DNA from: Thermoleophilia bacterium
Lineage (GTDB): Bacteria > Actinomycetota > Thermoleophilia > RBG-16-64-13
Assembly (NCBI GenBank): GCA_027493445.1
Contig: JAOSKU010000001.1
Location: forward strand, 1,803,936-1,867,935
DNA: 64,000 bases
Direction of reading: 5' to 3'
In this document: piece by piece, positions 20,641-30,931 of the stretch
Layout: every line of letters starts with the position of its first letter
Position numbering within the stretch: position 1 is the stretch's first letter
Translations under genes and position numbers: made by a program
The notes under the pieces: model-generated
The model's input: the letters and a program-made list of their open reading frames with translations, nothing else
Databases searched by the model: none
What the model was told of the DNA's origin: nothing

Positions 20641-21334
20641 GAGTTGCGGGGGCGGTTGGCCGCCCGTTGGGCGAGCGCTGGTGGCGTTGGAGCAGGAAGT
20701 CGCGGATCCGCCGCATCTCCCCCATGTTGAGCTCCCACATCCCATCGTTGGAGAAGGGGTGGGCGGAGAGTGAGAGGAACTTGGCGCCCTTCCGGTGACG
20801 CTCGATGATCTTCTGGATGGCACCCGGCACCTGGTCGGCTTTCGTCAAGGCCTGGGGGTCATGGCCCTTCCTGGCTATACGTCCGTTGTCTGACACGGCC
20901 ACCAAGACTTCGGTGGGACAGGAGCTGAACTCGCGCCGCACGAGACCAGCCAACCCCCTGTCCCGCAGCCTCTCGGCATGTCGCTGGAGCACGGCCCGGA
21001 GGAATTCACGCTGGCGCTCCGCCTGGAGGATCGGCGAGGGCATCCCCTGCGAGCGACGTCCGAACCGGCGCGGGCACTCCCCGTGCTCATTCACCTCGAT
21101 CTCCCCGCAGACGCTCTTGCTCTCGACGATCACCAAGCCCCAGCGGTGCAAGACCAGGTGATCGATCTGACACACGTCCCCGCCTTCCGCCAGACGAAGA
21201 TCATTGAAGACGAAGATGTCCTCGGGCGCCCGGAAGGCCCGGTCGAGGTAATGCTGTATTTGCCGCTCAGCCCGCAGGCCCGCCGCCAGCCAGCAGTCTG
21301 AAGCAGTCTTCTTGGCAACCTCTTTGATGACCAT
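20504..21334 (-). CDS. NERD (nuclease-related domain) protein; C-terminus reads through into the antisense ATPase remnant
   Basis: GLRAE, FNDLRL, QIDHLVLHRWGLVIVESKS and SPILQAERQ motifs. Confidence 0.8.
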   Translation of the reverse strand: MVIKEVAKKTASDCWLAAGLRAERQIQHYLDRAFRAPEDIFVFNDLRLAEGGDVCQIDHLVLHRWGLVIVESKSVCGEIEVNEHGECPRRFGRRSQGMPSPILQAERQREFLRAVLQRHAERLRDRGLAGLVRREFSSCPTEVLVAVSDNGRIARKGHDPQALTKADQVPGAIQKIIERHRKGAKFLSLSAHPFSNDGMWELNMGEMRRIRDFLLQRHQRSPNGRPTAPATPAFRARKSSGARCTSSMMASWRRPARKPAGSARAAERVTGSSSVR

Positions 21335-21425
21335 GTTGGGGTTCTCGGCAGAAGCAGGCCATCAGTTGAGGGCCAGGTTTGTAGCCGATGATCGACGCCT
21401 TCGTAGACCTCTGGCGGCAGCCCTC

Positions 21426-21947
21426 TCAGGCGAACAGGCGAGCTACCGTGGCCATAGGGAGAAAAAGAGTCCGCTCACGGGAGGCAAGCCGGCAGAAACC
21501 GTGGGCCACGTAGAAGCCAGCCGATTCCTCATCCTTGGCCTCTGTGACGATTGCGAATGAGGCCACCTCTTGCGAGGCAGCGTGACTTCGGCGAAGAGCG
21601 TCGACCAGCAGGAGCTGGCCAAAACCCTGACCCTGCAGCCTCCTGTCCACACCCAACCGACCGAGCAGAGTCGCCGGCACAAGCGGATACCTGGGTAGCC
21701 GCTCGACCATCCCCTGGGGTAGGTCCACCAGGCGAACGGCGAGCTGAGAGAGCGTGTAGAAACCGCAGACCGTGCTCGCTTCATCGACTAGAACGTATGG
21801 GACGGCTACCCGCCGCCCGGCATCCTGGCCCGCGCGGCGTTGCAGGTACTCATCGAGAACCTTCACCCCACATTGAAACTGGTCACGATCATGGGACGAA
21901 TCAAGAACCTCGATGCGATACCCATCCCGATCGTGCACTGGGGGCAC
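21426..21947 (-). CDS. GNAT acetyltransferase toxin (TacT/AtaT family)
   Basis: HDRDQFQCGVKVLDEYL, GFYTLS, PATLLGRLGVD, QGQGFG and FYVAHGF motifs. Confidence 0.9.
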   Translation of the reverse strand: MPPVHDRDGYRIEVLDSSHDRDQFQCGVKVLDEYLQRRAGQDAGRRVAVPYVLVDEASTVCGFYTLSQLAVRLVDLPQGMVERLPRYPLVPATLLGRLGVDRRLQGQGFGQLLLVDALRRSHAASQEVASFAIVTEAKDEESAGFYVAHGFCRLASRERTLFLPMATVARLFA

Positions 21948-22244
21948 CTACCGCCCCAGTCGCTCCCGGTGCCGCTCAAGAGCATTCACGAGTCTTTCGC
22001 CGGGCTGGGGCGGATCGAGGAGGGCGTTCATAAAAGCGCGGCTGTCGAGCGCTGAGAGGGCGATCGTCTGGTGGAGCTGTACAACTTGGGCGGCCGCGAT
22101 CTCGAGACTGACGGTAGCGAAGTCGATCAACGACGCGCCCTGCAGGGCGGCCGCTCTTTCGAGCAACTCCTTCTGTTCGGGCCTCAGGCGTATCTCGAGG
22201 CGCGCGGTCTTCTGCCCGCTGGGCATAGAAGGCTGTGCACCCAT
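21948..22244 (-). CDS. DUF1778 (TacA/AtaR-type) RHH antitoxin
   Basis: KTARLEIRLRPEQKELLERAAAL...AFMNALLDPPQP; start uncertain. Confidence 0.88.
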   Translation of the reverse strand: MGAQPSMPSGQKTARLEIRLRPEQKELLERAAALQGASLIDFATVSLEIAAAQVVQLHQTIALSALDSRAFMNALLDPPQPGERLVNALERHRERLGR

Positions 22245-22284
22245 GGCGTCGGCCAACGACATGTTCTCCGGTTCCTCCATATCT

Positions 22285-22314
22285 GTAACTGTACGGCACA
22301 TTGCCGTACGTTAC
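22285..22314. promoter_or_regulatory. Palindromic operator upstream of the DUF1778-GNAT operon
   Basis: gtaac-t-gtacggca-cat-tgccgtac-gttac. Confidence 0.65.
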
Positions 22315-22578
22315 CAGCGTTACCGGCGAGTAGCTTAAGGCCACCAGTGTACACATAGCGGACCCCTCGCACTCTCCGACTTTCGATGGAGCTTGGCAGG
22401 CCGGGCAGGAAATGCCCGGGTCTTCCCTCGTCCGGCGATGGTCAGATCGCAGCCGTGGCCCATAGCAACGATCTCATGACGCCATGATGCCTCCGCCCCG
22501 CGCGCGCACTACGATCTCCACGATAGTCGATCGGTGAAGGGCGACTCAGAACCCAGTCTCCGGTGAACCCGCGCCGGT

Positions 22579-23601
22579 TCAGTACCGAGCTTGGGCGCAC
22601 GCACCGATCATGGTCCTGACGTTGTCGAGGGGCGTCTCCACGCCGATGTCGCACCCGGCGGCGAGAGCGAAGCCTCCACCGGACCAGCCCTTTTCTATGC
22701 ACAGTTTCGCTTCCCGCTGCACCTTATCGCTGGTACCCAGGAGGAGTGTGTCGGAGGGATCCACGTTGCCCATCAGGCACACGGCATCTCCCAAGGCCTC
22801 CTTAGCCACGTCCACACCCACGGCTGTGTCAAAGCTGAAAGCAGAGGGGGAGAGTTGCTTGATCAGGGGGAGGATCCTCGTGGTGTCTCCGCAGACGTGC
22901 AGTATTGGCTTCGGCCCCATGGCCTTGACCGTCTCGATCACGTGCCCGGCATAGGGGGCCGCGAACTCCGCGTAGTGTTGCGGGGAGATGAGGTCACCGG
23001 AGGCGGAAGGGTCGCACACGAAGAGCCCGTGGACTCCGAGCGACGCATACAGCTTCGCCGCGTCGATGACCACTTCCGCCGCGAACTCCAAGAGCTCCCG
23101 TGCGGTATCCGGCTTGCGGATGAGATCTTTCATCAAGTAGTCGACTTTTCTCAGATAGCTGGCCAGGGTGAAGGGTAGCGGTATCGTGGCGTAGCAGAAG
23201 AAGTCTTTGCTCAGCTGCTCCAAGAGCACCTCGGCCGTGCGTACGCTGGCTTCCACGCGATCATCTGCCGTAAGGTCCAGTGAGCGGAGTCTGGCTACAT
23301 CGGCCGACGATTCGAGGACGTGCTTCACCACCAGCGGACTGCCACTATCGAGAATCTTGGACGTGCACCCAAGCAGATCGATGTTGGCCACCCAGTCCCA
23401 GACGACCTCGAGGGCATCGAAGGGGCACACCTCTTGCGCCGCGATTGCGGCCTGGGCCGCTGCGACGGGATCCGCCAGGGACTTCGGAACCGTTACCCCG
23501 AATGCGTCTAGGGCCCAGTACCCCTGAAACGGGGGCGCCACCGGCACCTGGTCTGGAAGTGAGCCTTCAAGGACCGCAGAGAATCTCTCTTTTCCGTTCA
23601 C
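22579..23601 (-). CDS. Uroporphyrinogen decarboxylase/MtaA-CmuA-family protein (probable methylcobamide methyltransferase)
   Basis: GTG start VNGKERF with RBS; DPSASGDLISP, LHVCG, LMGNVDP and AAGCD (Zn ligands H-x-C...C). Confidence 0.82.
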   Translation of the reverse strand: MNGKERFSAVLEGSLPDQVPVAPPFQGYWALDAFGVTVPKSLADPVAAAQAAIAAQEVCPFDALEVVWDWVANIDLLGCTSKILDSGSPLVVKHVLESSADVARLRSLDLTADDRVEASVRTAEVLLEQLSKDFFCYATIPLPFTLASYLRKVDYLMKDLIRKPDTARELLEFAAEVVIDAAKLYASLGVHGLFVCDPSASGDLISPQHYAEFAAPYAGHVIETVKAMGPKPILHVCGDTTRILPLIKQLSPSAFSFDTAVGVDVAKEALGDAVCLMGNVDPSDTLLLGTSDKVQREAKLCIEKGWSGGGFALAAGCDIGVETPLDNVRTMIGACAQARY

Positions 23602-23648
23602 GTTCTTCCCTCTCGCGTGATGTGAAGGGTGGGCACAGCGATGCTCCC

Positions 23649-24633
23649 TCAGTCTCGCGCGAGGAGCTCGCGACACTCCTGGGTCAGGGCCGGAACAATC
23701 CTGAAGAGGTCCCCAACAATACCGTAGTCGGCCCGCGTGAAGATGTACGCGTCGGGGTCCTTGTTGATGGCTACGATGCAGTGCGACGAGGACATGCCGG
23801 CGAAGTGTTGGACCGCCCCTGAGATCCCGCATGCGATGTAGAGCTTTGGAGACACCTGCTTGCCCGTCTGGCCCACCTGGTGATCTTCGCTGATCCACCC
23901 TGAGTCGACGGCCGTTCTTGAGGCCCCCACCGCCCCCCAGGACATCGGCGAGCTCGCGCACGACCGAGAAGCCCTCGGGTCCCCCCACTCCTCGGCCGCC
24001 CGAGACGATGATGTCGGCTTCCTGCAGGCTTACATGCCCCGCCGGCTCGCGCACGATCTCCCGCACTACCGCAGTCAGAGTGCCGGGCGGCAGGTTGGAT
24101 TCTACCCTCTGGTATGGCACTTCCGAGACTGGAACTGGAACCATACCCAATGCGTTGGGTCGAAAGGTCGCGAAGACAGGGCCGGCGGTCCCACCGGACA
24201 CTCGGGCATTCAGCTTGCTGCCGTAGAGGGGCCGCTTGAAGCTGAACTCGCCATCGGTGAACGCAAAGCCGGTGCAGTCGCTGGCAAGTGTCGCCCCCGT
24301 TCGCTCCGCCACGCGCGGCGCGAGGTCGCGCGCCTGTGGCGTGTTTCCGAAGAGTACCGCGCGAGGTTGCCGCTCCTTTACACAAGCCGCCAGGGCGGCG
24401 ACGAAACCCTGGCTGGAGTAGCTCTCCAACTCGGGAGCGTCAAGATGAAGCAGAAGATCAGCGCCGAACTGGGCCAGACGCTCGGCGGGACTCTCCGGAA
24501 GGGGGCCTGCCGCCACGGCGACAAGCGGCTCACCCAAGGAGTCGGCCACACCACGAAACTGAGAAAGGAGTTCTCCAGTCACCTTGCGGAACTCGCCGTC
24601 CTTGGTCTCTGCGAACACGAACACTCCAGGCAT
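23649..24633 (-). CDS. etfA: Electron transfer flavoprotein alpha subunit, frameshift at ~23930
   Basis: [10 protein letters not shown], then [18 protein letters not shown] and GISGAVQH in the next frame; break falls in a C-run. Confidence 0.92.
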
Positions 24634-24646
24634 CTGCGAGTCCTCC

Positions 24647-25432
24647 CTAGATGACTTTGGCTTCGTCTCGGAGGAGGTGGGCCAGACTACGGGCCGCCTC
24701 CGCGGGATCACCATCAATCATGCGACCGGCCGCCCGCGCCGGAGGAGGCTCCAGCGTGAGAATGCGGCTCTGCCGGCTCGCAGCGGCCGACTGATCGAGG
24801 CCAAGCTCCGCGGGGGAAAAGAGAGCGATCTCCACGCGCCTGGCCTTCATCACGGCCGGGATCGCCGGGTACCGGGGGGCGTTGAGGCCTTTTTGCGCGG
24901 TCACCAGCGCGGGCAAGGGCAGTTCACGCACTTCAACTCCGCCTTCAATCTCGCACCGAGCAATGAGCTTGCCGTCCTCCACGTCCAGCTTGGTGACCGC
25001 GTTTCCGTGCGGAATGCCCAGCTTCTCCGCAAGCCGCAGGCCTACCTGGGCGGCGGCATCGTCGATCGCCACCCGTCCGCACAGTATGAGGTCGAAGCCG
25101 AGACGCCGCGCGACCGCGCAAAGCACTTCTGCTGTGACGCCGGAATCGGCCTCGGCGAGTGAATCGTCCCAGACGCGGACAGCGGCGTCGGCACCCATGG
25201 CAAGACCCCGGCGAAGCACTTCCTCGGTCCGCTCCGGCCCCATGGTCACCAGGGTGACAGTCGTTCCGGCTTCGCCTCTTTCTCGGATCTGGATGGCCTC
25301 CTCGACAGCGAACTCGTCGTAGGGGTTCATGATGAAGGTGATACCTGTCTCCTCGATCGAACGGCCGTCCGGAGAGACCTTCACCTGCGCCTCGGTATCC
25401 GGCACTTGTTTCGTACATACGACGATCCGCAT
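24647..25432 (-). CDS. etfB: Electron transfer flavoprotein beta subunit
   Basis: MRIVVCTKQVPD, NPYDEFAVEEA, LAMGAD and NAPRY motifs. Confidence 0.95.
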   Translation of the reverse strand: MRIVVCTKQVPDTEAQVKVSPDGRSIEETGITFIMNPYDEFAVEEAIQIRERGEAGTTVTLVTMGPERTEEVLRRGLAMGADAAVRVWDDSLAEADSGVTAEVLCAVARRLGFDLILCGRVAIDDAAAQVGLRLAEKLGIPHGNAVTKLDVEDGKLIARCEIEGGVEVRELPLPALVTAQKGLNAPRYPAIPAVMKARRVEIALFSPAELGLDQSAAASRQSRILTLEPPPARAAGRMIDGDPAEAARSLAHLLRDEAKVI

Positions 25433-25537
25433 CGCTTCCTCCTCGAGTGACCCGACAGTCAGTGGGATCCCGGAGTAACCCGGGATCCCACGCCGTGTAT
25501 CCGTTCGCGCCTGGTAGAGGCCCCTCAGCGTGCGAAG

Positions 25538-26860
25538 CTACCGAGAGGGCGTCGGCTCCCATTTCGGACCGGCCCACTCGTAGTCGTAGTAGTCCAACAC
25601 CACGTCCATCTGCGTACGATAGCGACCACCAAGCCAGAGCTCGGCCTGCTTGACATCCCGGTAGTACTTCTCGAGGTGGTACTCGTGCGCGGTGCCGTAC
25701 GAGCCCATCAGATCCATCGCGGTCTCGATGATGCGCCGCGCGGCCATCAGGCAGGCTTGGTCTACCGAGGCCGCCCGAGAGTACATGAACTTGCCCCAAA
25801 GAGGTCCGTATTTCTCTGGATGATCCGCCATGTAGCAGCCCTGCATGTACGAGGCTCGGGAGTAGTCCCACATGTGAATGAGCCCGCCAATGGTATGCAC
25901 GAACACCGAGTGCTCACGCATGGGCTTGCCGGCGACGATGCGGTCCTTGGAGAAATCGAGGAGGATCTCGAGGACGGTCTGGCAGGCACCATTGACGTAC
26001 GCGGGCGTGGTGAGCTTGTCCTCAACCGCCAACTCCTTAAAGAGGTCGACGTCCTTCATGTCGGTGCCCCAGGTGGCCGCGTATTCGACCGGCACCCGCA
26101 CGTCGTCGTAGAAGACCTCTGTGTTGGTGTCGGTGCAGCACATCCCCATGGTGGGAATCGGTTTCCCGAACGAGAGGCCCTTGGCGTCGGCGGGGACGTA
26201 GATGAGCTTGATGCCGTCGTCGCCCAGATTGGGATCGGTGGTAGTGAGCGTCATGTAGCCGATGTCGGCCACGCTTGCCCCGCTGGGCCATATCTTGGCT
26301 CCGTTAATGACCCACTCGTCGCCTTCGCGCCGAGCAATGGTGCGGAGGGTCCGTCCGTGCTGGGTGGTGTCATCGATGTTGGTGCCGCCGGCAGGCTCGG
26401 TAAGTGACGTACAGGCCCGATGATGCTTGCCGTCGAGGAGGGGAGGGCCGAAGATGTCGATCAGATCCGTGCGTCCGGCATACAACATCGGCGAGTAGAA
26501 CCAGTACAGAAGGCTGACGTCCAGCGCGATACCGCAGTCCGCGCGGCCGAGTTCCTCGATGAGCATGGCGTATGTGACCATGCTCTTCATGACACCGCCA
26601 AGTCCGCCCTTCTCTTCCGGAAGGATCGCGCGGGGCCATCCCGAGTCGTAGATGGCCTGCATGGCCGTGGCTATGGCCACATCGGCGACCGCCTGATCGT
26701 GGGTCCAGCCGCCGTCAAGGTCGCGGCGCAGCGGCATGATGACCTCGTCGACCAGGTTGTGCATGTTCTCAACAACCGCGTAGACTTCTTCGCGCGGCTC
26801 AGGGAGGAAACACTCACAGAACTTCTTTCGTACGTCGAAATTCGGATGGTAGTAGCTCAC
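25538..26860 (-). CDS. Acyl-CoA dehydrogenase family protein
   Basis: EELGRAD, LTEPAGG, WVINGAKIW, MDLMGSYG and EKYYRD motifs. Confidence 0.9.
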   Translation of the reverse strand: MSYYHPNFDVRKKFCECFLPEPREEVYAVVENMHNLVDEVIMPLRRDLDGGWTHDQAVADVAIATAMQAIYDSGWPRAILPEEKGGLGGVMKSMVTYAMLIEELGRADCGIALDVSLLYWFYSPMLYAGRTDLIDIFGPPLLDGKHHRACTSLTEPAGGTNIDDTTQHGRTLRTIARREGDEWVINGAKIWPSGASVADIGYMTLTTTDPNLGDDGIKLIYVPADAKGLSFGKPIPTMGMCCTDTNTEVFYDDVRVPVEYAATWGTDMKDVDLFKELAVEDKLTTPAYVNGACQTVLEILLDFSKDRIVAGKPMREHSVFVHTIGGLIHMWDYSRASYMQGCYMADHPEKYGPLWGKFMYSRAASVDQACLMAARRIIETAMDLMGSYGTAHEYHLEKYYRDVKQAELWLGGRYRTQMDVVLDYYDYEWAGPKWEPTPSR

Positions 26861-26919
26861 ATCTCACACTCCTGCTGGCGGTTGATGGCAGCCCCTCGCA
26901 GCCGCCCATGTCGCTGACC

Positions 26920-28280
26920 CTATTCGGCCCCTTCTACTACTCCTTGCTGCGCGCGAACCGCGTAGTTCTCCGGATTCCTTCTCGCTTCGAAGATCATCAC
27001 CAGCCAAATGACTGCGCCAATCGCAACATAAGCGGCGAACACCTTCCACATCAGAGTGTCAAGATACTTGGCACTGAAATAGAGAATGGCCAGTGACGCG
27101 AGGACCGCCAACGCACCCAGGAGATTGCCCACGGGCAGCTTCCACGGCCGGGCCCATTGTGGATACTTCCGTCGTAGCTGTAGAAACGCAAGGCTCGATC
27201 CCGTGTAGGCCACTCCAAGTCCCGTTGCCATCAAGGCCAACAAAGCCGCCAGCCAGTTGGTTCCGGACGCGACTATGAAGAAGATGCATATCGCGAGGAT
27301 AACCACGCTGGCGTTGCCGGGAGTACTGTTCTTGTTCAATCTGTCGAACCACGCGGGCAGGATTCGTGCTTTGCCCATGCTATAGAGAATCCTTGCGCTC
27401 GCGAGCCAGAAACCGGTCAGTGTAGTAATGATGGTCAGTAGAGCCACCCCTGCCACCATGTACTGGAACCAACGTCCAAAGAGGTGCCCCCGATGGTTGC
27501 GTCGACCATCTCCGTGTTTTGCAGTTCGCTCCAGGGGAGCATGCCGGAATCGACGAGTGGTAGTATCGAATAGAACACGATGCAAAAAGCAAGACTCCCC
27601 AAGATTATCTTCCAGAATGACCTCGCTGGATAGTTACATTCTTGTACGAACTGAGGGACTAGTTCAAAACCAAAATACATAGTGATCATTAACGCCGCGC
27701 CCGTGAAAAAACCGCCTGCTCCTGTAGCGAAAAATGGACTCCAGTTTGTGGTCGTGAATGTATCGTTCGTCGTAAACATCAGGATGACAACAACTGCCAC
27801 GAGAAGCATTACTACGGTCATGCCAAACTGAGCCGTAGCGCTGACAATTATCGAACGGGAGGCCAATAGGAAGATCAGGATGGCCACGATGATGCCGATA
27901 ACGACCAGTTGCAGCTGCGTCATGTCTGGCCACCAGAGGTACTGTACGAGCTGAATAGCAGCCATGATCAGGAAACCAAGGACTGATAAATAGGCCAGCA
28001 GCAAACCCCAGGTCGACCAGAAGGCCGCATGTTTTCCGAAGGCGGAATTGACGTAGACAAACGGCCCACCCGTGAAGGGCAACATGGCCGTCATCTCTCC
28101 ATAAACCAGAGCGATTGGCACACACATGATCCCCACGAGAGTGAACGCGAGGCCGATCGATGGGCCGCTCAGCTGGATCCACCACTGCATCATCACGACC
28201 CAAGGCCCTATCATCGCCCCGATGGCCATGGCCAAGAGGTACCACGGGTTGAAGCTCTTACATGTCTTCAGATCCTCCAC
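26920..28280 (-). CDS. APC-family amino acid/polyamine permease, frameshift at ~27490
   Basis: GAMIG, YGEMTAMLPFTGG, YFGFE, ARILYSMG and RPWKLP motifs; AGGAGG RBS; visibly lower GC than its flanks. Confidence 0.88.
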
Positions 28281-28756
28281 TTGCTCCTCCTAAGATGCTG
28301 TCGCTGCACGCTCGCGGCGAGGTGGGGGCTCAACTTGAGGAGATCACATCGCTCCAGAAGCGCGGGCTGGACCCTCGTCGCCCTACTCGTCAAGGGCCGC
28401 CCTGACGCTCCCGCTGCCGGTGCTCGATCGAAAACCCCCTTTCCCCCTGAGACTCGAGCCTGCCCCTGGCGTTATCCGGTGACCGCCCCCTGCGAGACAC
28501 CGCGGAGCCTGCATCAAACTCTCACACCAAGTGCGCCACGCGATAGGGGGCAGAAGGGGATGCGGACCCCCCATTTGGGTATGAGATCGCCCCATCCGGG
28601 GTATCGACGCAGGCTCGACATCGGGGGCGGCGCGTTCGGTCGGGCGCGCGCCCCCCGATCCTCGTTCGTCTGCTAGAGTCATAGACCACCGGGAATGATC
28701 TTGAGGGACGGTCCCTCTATGCTCCCGCAGGTTCCTGGCCGGAGGTCGGATCGGAC

Positions 28757-30931
28757 GTGCCGAGATATCATGTCAAGACGCTTCTTGCCGCGGCGCTCTC
28801 GCTGCTCGGCCGAGGCGATCTCAGCGTTGATCACGCGAGTGTCGCTCTACTTGAACCAATGGCAGCCGGTCCAGCTCATCCCGGGCTGGACGGTTCACCC
28901 ACCCCCCTCTTGGGGTCGAGGCTTCGTCTTCTGATCGACTCGGGCGACGCCATCGAATCCGTCAGCGGCGAGGGGTGGAGCGCGTGGGGACTGGAACGCC
29001 CAAGGAAGGGCGAAAGCGCTCGCGTTCTCCTGGGGCGAATCAGTCCCACCTTGGCCAACGTGCTCCCCGGGTCGGAACACCAGGTCAGGCCCCTGCAGAC
29101 TCGCTTCCTTGCCGGACTCGGGCCGAGGGGGGCCTTGTGCTCGGCCACGTTGTCCCCGCCCGGCGCCGAGGGAGCAAGGCTGCTCGACATCACGGTCGAG
29201 GAGCTCTTGGATCCGGCCTGCAACGGTCTCCTGGCACACTGCATGGAACTAGAAGAGAGCGCGCGGGCGGCTCGGGAAATCCTCTCTGCGCTCGACAGGG
29301 GCTCCGACCTGAAGACAAAGGCCCAGGCCTTCCTGCCGCGCCTGGTGGGGGCCCTCGGGATGACTGCCGGAGCCGTGTTCATCCCACGTGCCGAGACGAA
29401 AGCCGATTTCCTGGCAGCATACGGCGCCACTCACCAGCGCGGGCACCCGTATGACGCGCTCGATCTGACCGATACCCGACTTGTGCCTCTCAGGTACGAT
29501 GCCGCCTACATTGAGATGGTCAAGGGGGCGAGTACCCAGCCCGCCATCGGTGCGTTGCTGGCTCGTGGGTACACCTACGCGGTGCTGACATGCGCCACGG
29601 TCGGCCACGAGAACGTTGCCTACCTTCTGTTGAGCGGGAGGCGGGAGACGCCGCTGAGTCTCCGGGAATCAGGCTTTCTGGCCACCGTCTGCCAAGCTCT
29701 CGGCCCGACTGTGAGGAATCACATGCTCTCCGATGAGAGCCTCCGCGATGCTGCGTTGCGCGATTCCTCGCAGGCCGTCTTTCGCGCGATCTCCCAAAGT
29801 CTCGACTTGGAACAGACATTCCTCGAGATCGTCACCAACGCCGCTGGAGCTGTCGGAGCCTCCCACTGTCTTCTGCTTCAAAAGATGGCCGCGGGTGATG
29901 TCCTCACCGTCGCTGCTACTTCCGATCCAGAGGCCTCCCGTTTGATGGGCCTGAACGTGCGATTCGAGGGCGGCACGCCTCTGTCCGACCAGATCGGGAA
30001 GATCCGCAATCTCACCGTCGACGACTTGGTTCCAGGTGTTCGCGTGAGCCCCGAAATCAGCCGACTTCTCGATTTTCGCTCAGCGCTATGGGTGCCCGTG
30101 TATACCCAGAACAAGCTGATGGGATCATTGGTTTTCTACTCGATGGGAAGGAGAAAACGCTACTCGGCCGCCGACATGACCAGGGCGTCGGATATCGCGG
30201 CACAGGCGGCGATCGCTATCCACAACGCCCACATCTACCAAGATCTCGTGCAGAGCAGAGAGCGTGTTCGGACCCTGCTGTCGAGACTATCCAGCATACG
30301 GGAGAGCGAACGGAAGCGCATTGCCACCGTTATCCACGACGACATCGTGCAGGCGATCGTCGGGGCGACGTATCTCCTGGAAGCTTTTCGCCTTTCCTCG
30401 AGAACCGAAGAGGTGGTAACCGAAGCGATCGAGTTGATGCGGGAGACGGTAGCGGACGCGCGCCGCGTGATCTGGGAGCTTCGGCCACCGGTTCTGGAGG
30501 AGTTCAGCCTCGAAGAATCGCTCGTGACTCTTGCGGAACACCTCGACCCGGTGGGGGTCATTGTGCCCGAAATCGTTTGCGACATCCGGCATATGCCTCC
30601 TCTGCCGGTGGACACGTCGGCGGTCATCTACAAGATCGCCCGAGAGGCGTTGCTGAATGCCGTCCGGCACGCGGGCCCACGTCTAATCGAGATGAGCCTC
30701 ACCACAAACGACTCTGCCGGCGTTACAGAGATCCATTTGACTGTGCGGGATGACGGCGTCGGCTTCGACGCGACGCAGATGGGCAAGGATTTCCATTACG
30801 GCCTCAGCATGATGGAGGAGCAGGCGATTATGATTGGAGGCGAGGTGGCCATCCTGTCCGAGGTGAACCGGGGCACAACGGTGCGGGTGCGGATCCCCTG
30901 GCATCCGGTATTCGAGCAGCAGGCAGTCTGA
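28757..30931 (+). CDS. Cytoplasmic GAF-domain sensor histidine kinase (HisKA_3/NarQ-type)
   Basis: ERKRIATVIHDDIVQ, EALLNAVRHA, VRDDGVGFD and GLSMM motifs; two GAF-like regions; start uncertain. Confidence 0.88.
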   Translation: MPRYHVKTLLAAALSLLGRGDLSVDHASVALLEPMAAGPAHPGLDGSPTPLLGSRLRLLIDSGDAIESVSGEGWSAWGLERPRKGESARVLLGRISPTLANVLPGSEHQVRPLQTRFLAGLGPRGALCSATLSPPGAEGARLLDITVEELLDPACNGLLAHCMELEESARAAREILSALDRGSDLKTKAQAFLPRLVGALGMTAGAVFIPRAETKADFLAAYGATHQRGHPYDALDLTDTRLVPLRYDAAYIEMVKGASTQPAIGALLARGYTYAVLTCATVGHENVAYLLLSGRRETPLSLRESGFLATVCQALGPTVRNHMLSDESLRDAALRDSSQAVFRAISQSLDLEQTFLEIVTNAAGAVGASHCLLLQKMAAGDVLTVAATSDPEASRLMGLNVRFEGGTPLSDQIGKIRNLTVDDLVPGVRVSPEISRLLDFRSALWVPVYTQNKLMGSLVFYSMGRRKRYSAADMTRASDIAAQAAIAIHNAHIYQDLVQSRERVRTLLSRLSSIRESERKRIATVIHDDIVQAIVGATYLLEAFRLSSRTEEVVTEAIELMRETVADARRVIWELRPPVLEEFSLEESLVTLAEHLDPVGVIVPEIVCDIRHMPPLPVDTSAVIYKIAREALLNAVRHAGPRLIEMSLTTNDSAGVTEIHLTVRDDGVGFDATQMGKDFHYGLSMMEEQAIMIGGEVAILSEVNRGTTVRVRIPWHPVFEQQAV

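Noticed and set aside
22579-24717. 712-aa EtfA-URO-D fusion
   Set aside because: The EtfA C-terminus is in ORF 23649..23945, and the URO-D gene has its own RBS and GTG at 23601. This is a frameshift artefact.
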